The notes below the pieces were generated by a model. It was given only the letters and a program-made list of their open reading frames with translations, had not been told where the DNA came from and made no database searches. Both the position numbers and the translations under genes were made by a program. A DNA stretch of 61,594 nt, counting the filler. It is 9 parts of 9 records of this genome, joined end to end, with 100 filler letters (N's around TTAATTAATTAA, not from the genome) between each part and the next. Parts side by side here need not be neighbours in the genome. Positions count along the whole stretch, not along the records: positions 49,928 to 54,969 come from SRR31147125_146787; positions 55,070 to 61,594 come from SRR31147125_147194; 7 more parts are not named here. The stretch is one strand, 5' to 3'. Numbering within the stretch: the stretch's first letter is position 1; each line of letters begins with the position of its first letter. This document shows, piece after piece, positions 51,904 to 60,523 of this stretch.

Positions 51904-52575
51904 ATGAACTATCGCCTGGCAATCTTCGACCTCGACGGAACCCTGGTCGATTCCATCAACGGTATCGCCTACTCAATGAACAAGGTGCTGGAGGCCCATG
52001 GTTTCCCTCTGCACAGCGAGGACACCTACAAAGGTTTCGTCGGCGAAGGCCGGCGCCGCCTGGTAGTGAAGTCGCTGCCGGACTCTGCCCGAAGTGACGA
52101 TCAGGTGGTGGAAACCTGTTTCCGCCAGATGTCCGAGGAATATCCCCGCTCCTGGAACCACCGGATGAGCACCTATGACGGGATGTACGATCTGCTGCGT
52201 CGCCTGCAGAAGGAAGGCATTCTCATCGCCATGCATACGAACAAGACAGTGTCGATCGCCGGGCAGATCGCCGAAAGTCATTTCTCCGAGTTTGAGTTTG
52301 CGGATGTGATCGGCATCGACTCCCTGGGATGCCCGAAACCGCAGCCGGATGGTGTATTCCGCATTCTGGAAACCTGCGGTCTGGAGAAATCCGACTGTGT
52401 GTACATTGGCGATACGGAGATTGATATCCGAACCGCCGGGAACGCCGGTATCGATATCATCTCTGTCGGCTGGGGATTCCGGTCGGAAGAGGCACTGGTT
52501 GATGCCGGAGCCCGGGTCGTTGTTGATTCTCCGATGGATATTTTCCGCTATTTCCAGGATTCTGAGGTTCAATAA
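51904..52575 (+). CDS. HAD-superfamily hydrolase (phosphoglycolate phosphatase-like)
   Basis: IFDLDGTLVDS, TNK, PKPQP, YIGD..ID, VGWGFR. Confidence 0.92.
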   Translation: MNYRLAIFDLDGTLVDSINGIAYSMNKVLEAHGFPLHSEDTYKGFVGEGRRRLVVKSLPDSARSDDQVVETCFRQMSEEYPRSWNHRMSTYDGMYDLLRRLQKEGILIAMHTNKTVSIAGQIAESHFSEFEFADVIGIDSLGCPKPQPDGVFRILETCGLEKSDCVYIGDTEIDIRTAGNAGIDIISVGWGFRSEEALVDAGARVVVDSPMDIFRYFQDSEVQ

Positions 52576-52625
52576 GGAACGCTTGTATGTTAAAAGTGGA
52601 GTGAATCTGTTCAGGAGGTGGCGAT

Positions 52626-53516
52626 ATGGACCCGATTCAGGTTTTATGGACACCGGCAGGCATCAACCTGCCTTCCCTGCGTTCCCGGGCTCTGGTGGAT
52701 ATCAGCGATGGAGATACTCCGAATATCCGCATGCCGATCCGCATGCTCTCCATCGATACACCGGAGGTAACAGCGAAATCAGCTGCCGGGGCGGCCAATG
52801 TGGACAGTGATTTCACCCTACTCGCAGGATGGATCCGGAGCGGTAAGGCTCCGGTCTCCAGGAGGTTCGCGACTTACATCCTGCCTAAACTGGACTCCGG
52901 TACTGCCGGTACCCTCCAGTACACCCAGGGAGAGCAGGCCAGCCTGTTCCACAAGAACATGGCCGACCGACGCCTGACGAAGGGACCGAGATCCAAACGC
53001 AAACTGTTCATCCGCAGCTCGATTCAGCCTTTCGACAACTATGGACGACTGCTGGCCTATGTGGCTCCTGACTATACGAAGAAGGAGAGGGAAACCCTGA
53101 GCCGGAAGCAGCGGGCCACCTTCAACCTTGAACTTGTTGAAAGCGGCTGGGCCGTACCGTTCGTCCTGTACCCCAATATCCCCGGAGAACTGGACTACCC
53201 GCTCCTGATCGAAGCGGCTGTGGATGCCATCGCGGCCGGCCGCGGGCAGTATACCGACCCACTCTACCTGGCCGGTTATGAATACCGGATGTGCGAGAAG
53301 CTGTTCCGTATCACAGAGAAAATGGTCGGCGGGGCCGATCTCTCCTATCCGGAACAGCTGAACTGGCGCAGCCGCTACTGCGCGGATATCCGGGATCGCC
53401 GCCTGTATGGTCCCGAGGACTACATGGATATCCCGGAAGGATACCGGTTGTGGATCTGGCCGGATGATCTTCAGGATGCGATCGGGGAACTGAACCTGAT
53501 ACCGGAGATCGGCTGA
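52626..53516 (+). CDS. Thermonuclease (SNase-like) family protein without signal peptide
   Basis: ISDGDTP, IRMLSIDTPE, DNYGRLLAYV, FNLELVESGWA; RBS AGGAGG. Confidence 0.8.
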   Translation: MDPIQVLWTPAGINLPSLRSRALVDISDGDTPNIRMPIRMLSIDTPEVTAKSAAGAANVDSDFTLLAGWIRSGKAPVSRRFATYILPKLDSGTAGTLQYTQGEQASLFHKNMADRRLTKGPRSKRKLFIRSSIQPFDNYGRLLAYVAPDYTKKERETLSRKQRATFNLELVESGWAVPFVLYPNIPGELDYPLLIEAAVDAIAAGRGQYTDPLYLAGYEYRMCEKLFRITEKMVGGADLSYPEQLNWRSRYCADIRDRRLYGPEDYMDIPEGYRLWIWPDDLQDAIGELNLIPEIG

Positions 53517-53550
53517 GCTGAATGCCAGTTGAAGACTCGAAGTTCACTTC

Positions 53551-54396
53551 TCAGGGCTTCGAGTCCCGGATCTTCAGCCGTTTTCTGACATTGTTTCGTT
53601 CATTCTCATTCAGGTAGGCAATGATATCCTTTACCATCTCGGGCGGTAGCCTTTTGAAAAGTTCTGCATAGTCCTTGGCTCTGGTTGTGAAAACGGTATC
53701 AAAGACTTCCCGCAGTTTCTCCACCGCATTCTTGCTGAACAGTCCCACCAGCGTTGATACTGCTGAAAGCGCCCACTTATTGAGTGAATCCTCTCCTTGG
53801 TTTTCAGAACTGACGATATCGATGTTCAGGGCCAGCATGCCGCTCCGAAGAACGAAGTAGAAAGCCAATCCGGTCAGGGCGCCGATAAACGGTCGCGCGA
53901 TATACCAGGAGACATACAGATCCTCGAAATCATTCTTCGAACATGCATGTTCCAGATACCCCATAGCCGTTGTGATCGTCGCTCCGAGTCCCGCTGTGAT
54001 CATGACGATCACGACATCGCGCTGGAACAACCGGGTAGACAATTCAGAACCGGCACTTCCGGAATTGCTGCCCGGATCGCTGAATATCTGTACCAGCCCG
54101 AATCCTATGAACGCCGTGACACCGAGCAGCCATAGGCCGACGGCGATCATTCCGTAGGTCACCGTGTATTTGTTTCGTTGCTCCAGCCTCTTTTGAAGTC
54201 TGATGTTCTTCTGTGACAATCGCGATATCTGCCTTTCTGATCGAGCCTTCAAACGCCTGGTACGGACTTTCAGTTTCTCTGTTCGCTGCAGCTCCTTCAT
54301 GTCGGTAGAGTGGGCTGATATAGTCTTTGCATCAGATCCAGATTTCTTCGCTTTGGTTCCCGGTTTCTTCGCATTGTTCTTGCCTTTTCCGCTCAT
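53551..54396 (-). CDS. Hypothetical multi-TM membrane protein with a basic coiled-coil N-terminus
   Basis: K/R-rich N-terminus; TMs with AGLGA, WYIARPFIGAL and VGLFS..AVEKL motifs. Confidence 0.75.
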   Translation of the reverse strand: MSGKGKNNAKKPGTKAKKSGSDAKTISAHSTDMKELQRTEKLKVRTRRLKARSERQISRLSQKNIRLQKRLEQRNKYTVTYGMIAVGLWLLGVTAFIGFGLVQIFSDPGSNSGSAGSELSTRLFQRDVVIVMITAGLGATITTAMGYLEHACSKNDFEDLYVSWYIARPFIGALTGLAFYFVLRSGMLALNIDIVSSENQGEDSLNKWALSAVSTLVGLFSKNAVEKLREVFDTVFTTRAKDYAELFKRLPPEMVKDIIAYLNENERNNVRKRLKIRDSKP

Positions 54397-54602
54397 ATCG
54401 ATCCTCTTATGAGTCTGTGTTGAAAGGTCACCTGTTCAAAGAATATTAAAGTATATGCGTTGATTCATGAAGGAGTCGCACTCTATTCCATACCTTCTTC
54501 CGGGTTGTCTTGCTCATGCACAGGCTCCTGGAAATTCCTGTTGATGTAATCTAAGTGCAGGAATACTGTGATCTACTGTTTCCGGGATAGAAGGGTAGCG
54601 CA

Positions 54603-54969
54603 ATCAAAATAGACAGGCTCCTCGGCATCATCATTCTCCTCATCAACAAGAAGAAGGTAACCGCCCGACAGCTGGCGGAGTATTTCGAAGTCTCGCTCCG
54701 GACCATTCATCCCTATTCCCTGGCCTTGCTGGGTTCCACCTGATACTTCTAAGGCAATTGCGAATTGAGATCCGATTTCCGGATTTTCAAGGTCAGCAGA
54801 ATCGGCGAGTGCCGCCTGACCGCAGACAACTTCACTGTCCGGGAGACTCCGGAAGTGATACCCTGGGATATCGGCTCGGAGAATCAGGGCGAACAGGTGG
54901 AGATAGTTCTGGAAATCGACAGGAGCTATCAGAACAAGCTCCCCGATTTCCTTACACCCTACAATTGCC
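54603..54969 (+). pseudogene. YafY-type HTH-WYL regulator pseudogene
   Basis: One frame reads IKIDRLLGIIILL...AEYFEVSLRTI|HPYSLALLGST*YF*GNCELRSDFRIFKVSRI: ATC start, internal deletion, TGA 54741 and TAA 54750. Confidence 0.75.
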
Positions 54970-55069
54970 NNNNNNNNNNNNNNNNNNNNNNNNNNNNNNN
55001 NNNNNNNNNNNNNTTAATTAATTAANNNNNNNNNNNNNNNNNNNNNNNNNNNNNNNNNNNNNNNNNNNN
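54970..55069. other. Artificial contig linker
   Basis: N/TTAATTAATTAA spacer. Confidence 0.99.
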
Positions 55070-56140
55070 ATCCAGGGCGTCGGCATTGTCTATGGACAGC
55101 GGATGGCCGGACCGGTTGCCCGAGGTCATGACCAGGATATCCGGCCCCTTTTTCAGCAGCAGATAGTGAAGGGGGGTATAGGGCAGCATGATGCCCAGAC
55201 ACTTATTTTTCGGGGCCACGGAAGGGGCGATGGGCGGCCCCTTTTTCCCGCCGGGGCCGGCAGCCTTATCTAAAAGAACAATGGGCCGGTGATAGGAAAA
55301 AAGCAGATTTTTTTCATCCCCATCCATGGTCACATGGTCAAAGAGATCTGCCTCTGGATCGGCCATGAGGGCAAAAGGCTTGTCCGGCCGCTGTTTTCGC
55401 CTTCGAAGTTCTGTCACGGCCGCCGGGTTGCAGGCATCGGCGGCCAGGTGAAATCCCCCCAGCCCTTTTACCGCCACAATCTTTCCCTGTCCCAGCAGCT
55501 CTGCGGCCATGGCCAGGGCATGGGCCGGTCCGGTATCCACCCGGTTCCCCCGGCGATCTGTCAGAAAAACCTTAGGGCCGCAGACCGGGCAGGCATTGGG
55601 CTGGGCATGAAATCGCCGGTCAAGGGGATTGTCATACTCAGCCTGACAATCCGGGCACAGGGTAAATTCCCCCATGGAGGTTTTGGGACGGTCGTAGGGG
55701 ATATCCTTGATTATGGTGTATCTGGGGCCGCAATTGGTACAATTGATAAAGGGATATTCAAATCGCCGGTTCAAAGGATCAGTGAGTTCGGCCAGACAGT
55801 CCGGACAGATGGAGACATCCGGAGAAATCAGGGTAAACCGGTCTGCAGCCTCCCGGCTTTTGACGATCTCAAACCCACTGAGGTGTTCCACGGGCCAGGA
55901 GACCTCATCAATGGCCGTAATCCGGCTGAGGGGCGGTTTTTTTTCGGAAATATCCGAAACAAAGGCATCCAGGACATCTGCCGGCCCCTCAATGATCAGG
56001 TTTACCCCCTTGGGAGTATTAGAGACCTGGCCTGCAATCTTATGGGCATGGGCCAGTCCGAATAAAAACGGTCTGAAACCCACCCCCTGGACAACGCCGC
56101 TGATTTCAAGCCGTCTTGCATCAAGGACAGGACAGGACAT
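55070..56140 (-). CDS. hypF: Hydrogenase maturation carbamoyltransferase, 3' truncated
   Basis: GVVQGVGFRPF, CPDC, NCTNCGPRY, RFHAQPNACPVCGP, KGLGGFHL. Confidence 0.96.
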
Positions 56141-56148
56141 GGGGGGAA

Positions 56149-56379
56149 TCAGGAGGGATCGGATCCCAGGGCCAGCATCTGCCGCATATCCTCAATGGTC
56201 TGGAGGGCGGATGCCTCGTCAACCTTTGAAATGGCAAATCCTGCATGGATAATGACATATTCACCGATTTTTGCATCTTCCAGGAGCATGAGGCTGGCAT
56301 CCCGGACCACGCCGTCCACTTCGACCTTGGCCATGGCATCGTTAATCTCAATAATTTTTGAGGGTACTGCTAAACACAT
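56149..56379 (-). CDS. hypC: Hydrogenase maturation chaperone
   Basis: MCLAVP, YVIIHAGFAI. Confidence 0.96.
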   Translation of the reverse strand: MCLAVPSKIIEINDAMAKVEVDGVVRDASLMLLEDAKIGEYVIIHAGFAISKVDEASALQTIEDMRQMLALGSDPS

Positions 56380-56472
56380 AGGGTATATCCATATATTTAT
56401 CGTTAATCAAAGGCTTACCTTATACCATAGACAGGCACCGGGCAATATTTATTTCACCGGCCCAAAACCAAC

Positions 56473-56505
56473 AAATCCCCCACCGTTTTACCGGCAGGGG
56501 ATTTT
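56473..56505 (-). terminator. Terminator downstream of cspA
   Basis: AAATCCCC...GGGGATTT inverted repeat. Confidence 0.55.
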
Positions 56506-56549
56506 AATTTTCAGGGCAGATGACCGCCCAAGGCCAGATCTAAATTTAT

Positions 56550-56750
56550 TTAGATCTTGGTGACGTTTTTGGCAGCCGGGCCCTTTTGTCCCTGTTCCAC
56601 CTCAAACTCCACCCGGTCGCCTTCGCTCAGGGAGCGAAATCCTGTGGAATTAATCCCGCTGTGATGGACAAACACATCCTGTCCGTCTTCCTGCTCGATA
56701 AATCCGAAACCTTTTGAGTCGTTGAACCATTTAACGGTGCCAGTAGCCAT
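56550..56750 (-). CDS. cspA: Cold-shock protein
   Basis: GTVKWFN, KGFGFI, DVFVHHS. Confidence 0.95.
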   Translation of the reverse strand: MATGTVKWFNDSKGFGFIEQEDGQDVFVHHSGINSTGFRSLSEGDRVEFEVEQGQKGPAAKNVTKI

Positions 56751-56996
56751 TTGGCAATCTCCTATAACAATGAATTAAATAAATGGGGGGGTTGTCTAAC
56801 ACTTGGGGGATTGCCGCAACTTTTAAAATTTCGGGAATTCACACCAAAGATTAAGGAACCCTATGTTCTGCCCCTCCGGCAGCTCATAAAAGAAATCTTA
56901 TATAACATTTTTAACGAATGTCAAGCCATGAAATGCCTTGATTCTATGGAGCCGTCCCGGTATCATAGATGGATACGAAAGATTCAGTATCGTCAA

Positions 56997-58070
56997 ATGA
57001 CCCCGCTGAACACCATTATTAAAGAGAATGTATCCATGGCCCGAACCTTTTTTATGGCAGTCGCTCTCATTGGTCTTTACCTTACGACCTTTGTAAATTA
57101 CCTGCTTTTTCACAGCCTTGCAGAGTTCATCAGCATTGCCGTGGCCGGCGCTTTTTTCATGATCACCTGGAATTCCAGGCGCTTTATTAAAAACCCTTAT
57201 CTGATTTTTATCGGGATCGCCTATTTATTTATCGCCTTTCTGGACCTGCTCCACACCCTGGCGTATAAAGGCATGCCCATATTTACGGATTACGATTACT
57301 ATGCCAACCAGCTCTGGATCGGGGCCAGATACATGGAAAGCCTTACCCTGGCGGCAGCATTCTTTCTTCTGAGCCGCAAACGCGCCTTTTCCCCGGAGCG
57401 GGTCTTTTTAGGCTATGCCCTGGCCACCCTTGTCATGGTCATGAGCATTTTCATCTGGAAACTCTTTCCAATCTGCTTTGTTGAGGGCCAGGGCCTTACC
57501 CCGTTTAAAAAAATCAGCGAGTACATCATCTGCCTCATTTTATCCCTGGCCCTTGTCCTGCTGCACCGGCACCGCAACAATTTCAGCGTTTCAGTGTACC
57601 GGTATCTTGCCGTCTCCCTGGTCTGCTCCATCATCAGCGAACTGGCCTTTACCTTTTATATATCCAACTATGGATTCTCCAACCTTATGGGCCATTATTT
57701 CAAACTGTTTTCATTCTATTTTATCTATAAGTCCATTGTGGAAACCGGGATACGCAAGCCCTATGAAATCATTTTCCGGGAACTGTCCATGGCCAACCAG
57801 CGGCTGACGGACGAAATGGCGGCCAGGGTTGAAATGGAAAAAGAAAGGGAAGAGATGATTACAACCCTCCAGGCGGCCCTGGACGATGTCAAGGCCCTCA
57901 CCGGCCTGCTCCCCATCTGCTCCCATTGCAAAAAAATCCGGGATGACAAAGGGTATTGGAACCGCCTGGAAGTATACCTGGACCAGCACTCCAACGCCAC
58001 GCTCAGCCACGGGATCTGCCCGGACTGCATTAAAACCCATTATCCGGATAGCGATGAAAATAAGGCCTGA
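56997..58070 (+). CDS. MASE3 membrane sensor domain fused to a C-terminal CxxC...CxxC domain (start 56997 or 57036)
   Basis: YLLFHSLAE, DLLHTLAYKGM, QLWIGARY, GLTPFK; C-terminal LPICSHCKKIRD...SHGICPDC. Confidence 0.82.
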   Translation: MTPLNTIIKENVSMARTFFMAVALIGLYLTTFVNYLLFHSLAEFISIAVAGAFFMITWNSRRFIKNPYLIFIGIAYLFIAFLDLLHTLAYKGMPIFTDYDYYANQLWIGARYMESLTLAAAFFLLSRKRAFSPERVFLGYALATLVMVMSIFIWKLFPICFVEGQGLTPFKKISEYIICLILSLALVLLHRHRNNFSVSVYRYLAVSLVCSIISELAFTFYISNYGFSNLMGHYFKLFSFYFIYKSIVETGIRKPYEIIFRELSMANQRLTDEMAARVEMEKEREEMITTLQAALDDVKALTGLLPICSHCKKIRDDKGYWNRLEVYLDQHSNATLSHGICPDCIKTHYPDSDENKA

Positions 58071-58162
58071 CAGGGAAAACCTGCGGCAGCCGTCTGTGAA
58101 TTGACCCCCACAAGGATTCATGACATAGTATCTGTCTTTGAACACAACACACAGGTACACCC

Positions 58163-59917
58163 ATGCCGCAGTCTTCAGACATTCAGGAAAGCCCTTCATA
58201 CCAAGCCCTTGTCAATGCCCTTCCGGACATGCTTATCCGTATAGACAGAGACGGGGTATTCAAACGGTTTGAAGGAAATATCTCAGGGCTGCACCGGCCG
58301 GTTGAGGACATCCTTGGCAAACCCATTGATGCGGTCATGCCCAAGGCTGTGGCAAAACGCTTTACCCAGGCCCTTGAAAAAGCCTTCTCCACCGGTCAAA
58401 TGCAGCAGATCGAGTACCGGCTGCCCCATGCCCATCACCTCTGCTATTATGAGGCCCGCCTGGCCAAATGCTGTGAACAGGAAGTGATTGCCCTGGTCCG
58501 GGACGTGACCCGGGAGCGTGAGGATGATATCAGTTCATCAAAACGGCAGGAAAAAGAGGTCAAAGACCGGGAGACCCTGTACAGCGCAATTCTGGAAGGG
58601 TATGAAGGATTTATCTATACCATTGACAAACAATTTCGCATTCGCTTTCTCAACGAAAATCTGATCCGGGATCTGGGCCAGGATGCCACCGGTAAAATCT
58701 GCTACCAGGCCATCCATAACCGGCAGTCCAAGTGCCGGTGGTGCGTGGCGGATCAAGTCTTTACCGGCGACACGGTCCGGTTTCAGATGAAAAATCCTCG
58801 CAATAAAAAATGGTATTACAGCATAAACCTGCCCGTGACCTTATCGAACAATGCCAGGTTTTGCCAGGCCATGATCATGGATATCGACGAAAGCAAACAA
58901 ATGGAAGAGGCGCTTCGCAGCAGCGAAGCCCATTTGCTGGAGGAGAACTCCCGGCTGCGCAGCCGGATGGAGGACCGCCACGGGTTCGGTGATATCGTGG
59001 GGCAGAGCGCTGCCATGCAGGAGGTTTATGAGCTGCTTCTTCTTGCCGCCTCTTCAGACAACAATGTGATCATCTACGGAGAATCCGGCACAGGAAAGGA
59101 ACTGGCCGCCAAGACCATCCACGACATGAGCGGCCGTGGCAATGGACAATTTGTCCCCATAAACTGCGGCGCCATACCCCAGAATCTTTTGGAAAGTGAA
59201 TTTTTTGGTTATAAAAAAGGGGCCTTTACCGGGGCCAACACAGACAAGACCGGACTGCTGGATGAGGCAGACAAGGGCAGCCTATTTCTGGACGAAATCG
59301 GTGAGATTGAAACCGGATTTCAGGTCAAGCTGCTTCGGGCCATTGAAGGTGGCGGGTTCACCCCGGTGGGGGGAAGCGGACTGCACCAGCCCGACTTCAG
59401 GATCATAGCGGCCACCAACCGAAACCTGACGGAAAAGGTAAAATCCGGTGGGATGCGTTCGGATTTTTTTTACAGGGTCCACGTGATTCCCATCTACCTG
59501 CCGCCCCTAAGGAAGCGAAAAGATGATATCCCTTTGCTCATGGCGCATTTTCTCAAAGCCTATGACCGAAAAATCCGTCCCAGAATCACATCTAAAATCA
59601 TGGACACCCTGATGGATTATTCCTGGCCCGGCAATGTCAGAGAGCTCCAAAACGTATTGTACCGGTTTGTCACCCTGAAGCGTCTGGATCTGACCGGGGC
59701 GGCCCCGGCCCTTGAAGACACCGGTATAAACGATGTCCCCGGGACGGATGCCTTTAAAGAGGGCCTTTCTTTTGCATCTGCCGTGGCTGGATTTGAAAAG
59801 CAGTTCATTGCCTCAGCCCTGGCCGGAAATCGCTGGAACCGGACACACACGGCCAGACAATTGGGCATGGGCCTTCGGACCCTCCAGCGGAAGATGAAAC
59901 AATTGGGAATCCAATAG
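58163..59917 (+). CDS. PAS-PAS sigma54-dependent Fis-family activator
   Basis: GESGTGKE, ESEFFG..KGAFTGA, LFLDEIGE, WPGNVRELQN, C-terminal HTH. Confidence 0.93.
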   Translation: MPQSSDIQESPSYQALVNALPDMLIRIDRDGVFKRFEGNISGLHRPVEDILGKPIDAVMPKAVAKRFTQALEKAFSTGQMQQIEYRLPHAHHLCYYEARLAKCCEQEVIALVRDVTREREDDISSSKRQEKEVKDRETLYSAILEGYEGFIYTIDKQFRIRFLNENLIRDLGQDATGKICYQAIHNRQSKCRWCVADQVFTGDTVRFQMKNPRNKKWYYSINLPVTLSNNARFCQAMIMDIDESKQMEEALRSSEAHLLEENSRLRSRMEDRHGFGDIVGQSAAMQEVYELLLLAASSDNNVIIYGESGTGKELAAKTIHDMSGRGNGQFVPINCGAIPQNLLESEFFGYKKGAFTGANTDKTGLLDEADKGSLFLDEIGEIETGFQVKLLRAIEGGGFTPVGGSGLHQPDFRIIAATNRNLTEKVKSGGMRSDFFYRVHVIPIYLPPLRKRKDDIPLLMAHFLKAYDRKIRPRITSKIMDTLMDYSWPGNVRELQNVLYRFVTLKRLDLTGAAPALEDTGINDVPGTDAFKEGLSFASAVAGFEKQFIASALAGNRWNRTHTARQLGMGLRTLQRKMKQLGIQ

Positions 59918-59922
59918 AACCC

Positions 59923-60153
59923 CGCCCATATTGACGCGTACCACGCCAAAATTGTCGCATTCATTATAAATTATTAAAAATCAACCCCTTACCCCATCAA
60001 CCCACCCAAAGCATGCCGATAATGACGCACCTGGGGTGTCCCAAAAATGGACGGCAGACCAATTTAAAAAAAGAGATATCACGAATTTCCATTAAATTAC
60101 AATAAGTTACATAATAGCACCGACCAGTGATCAGGACTGGCACAGATGTTGAA
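59923..60153 (+). promoter_or_regulatory. Sigma54 promoter region with candidate enhancer sites and an IHF site
   Basis: Repeats CGCCCATATTGACG (59923), CGCCAAAATTGTCG (59944), TGCCGATAATGACG (60014); IHF match AATCAACCCCTTA (59979-59991); TGGCACAGATGTTGAA (60138-60153). Confidence 0.7.
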
Positions 60154-60227
60154 ATACATTCCGTCAGATGCTGCAGAACCTGAAAAAAGCCAGGCCTGCC
60201 ATAAATTAAAATAATAAGGAAAAACCC

Positions 60228-60374
60228 ATGAGAGACTCTAATACATACGACCCAAGCTCTGTAACCCTGACTGCAAAAATACGTGGGTACCTTCCCGGGG
60301 TGGTTGCCACCCTTATTCTGGGAGGCCTGCTGGTCGGTGATATGGCCGTCAGATGTTTCCCCATCTGGTCTTAA
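60228..60374 (+). CDS. Small single-TM protein (48 aa), below the ORF-track cutoff
   Basis: RBS AAGGA; MRDSNTYDPSSVTLTAKIRGYLPGVVATLILGGLLVGDMAVRCFPIWS*; flanked by a sigma54 promoter and terminators. Confidence 0.65.
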   Translation: MRDSNTYDPSSVTLTAKIRGYLPGVVATLILGGLLVGDMAVRCFPIWS

Positions 60375-60397
60375 TCTGATGGTTTAAAAGCGTTTAA

Positions 60398-60463
60398 CCC
60401 TGCCGGGGATATCCCGGCAGGGAGTTTGGGCCGGCGCCAACAGGCGTTCCGGCCCCTTTTTTT
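60398..60463 (+). terminator. Tandem hairpins and intrinsic terminator
   Basis: CCCTGCCGGG-GATAT-CCCGGCAGGG, then GGGCCGG...CCGGCCC followed by T7. Confidence 0.7.
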
Positions 60464-60523
60464 GCCCGGGGCAACCGGCCTGAAATATTGTGAAGCCATC
60501 CTGATCATGGTATAGCATATCCC

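Noticed and set aside
54741-54743. In-frame TGA as selenocysteine or Trp recoding
   Set aside because: It is followed three codons later by TAA, the start is ATC, and neighbouring genes use TGA as a stop. Pseudogene decay is the simpler reading.
10385-55069. Eight recurring TTAATTAATTAA motifs as a repeat family or CRISPR
   Set aside because: Each sits in the middle of a 100-nt N block, so they are artificial contig linkers. ORFs running into them are artefacts.
56751-56996. N-terminal extension of the MASE3 ORF
   Set aside because: It overlaps the divergent cspA promoter and 5' UTR; the MASE3 domain begins after 57036.
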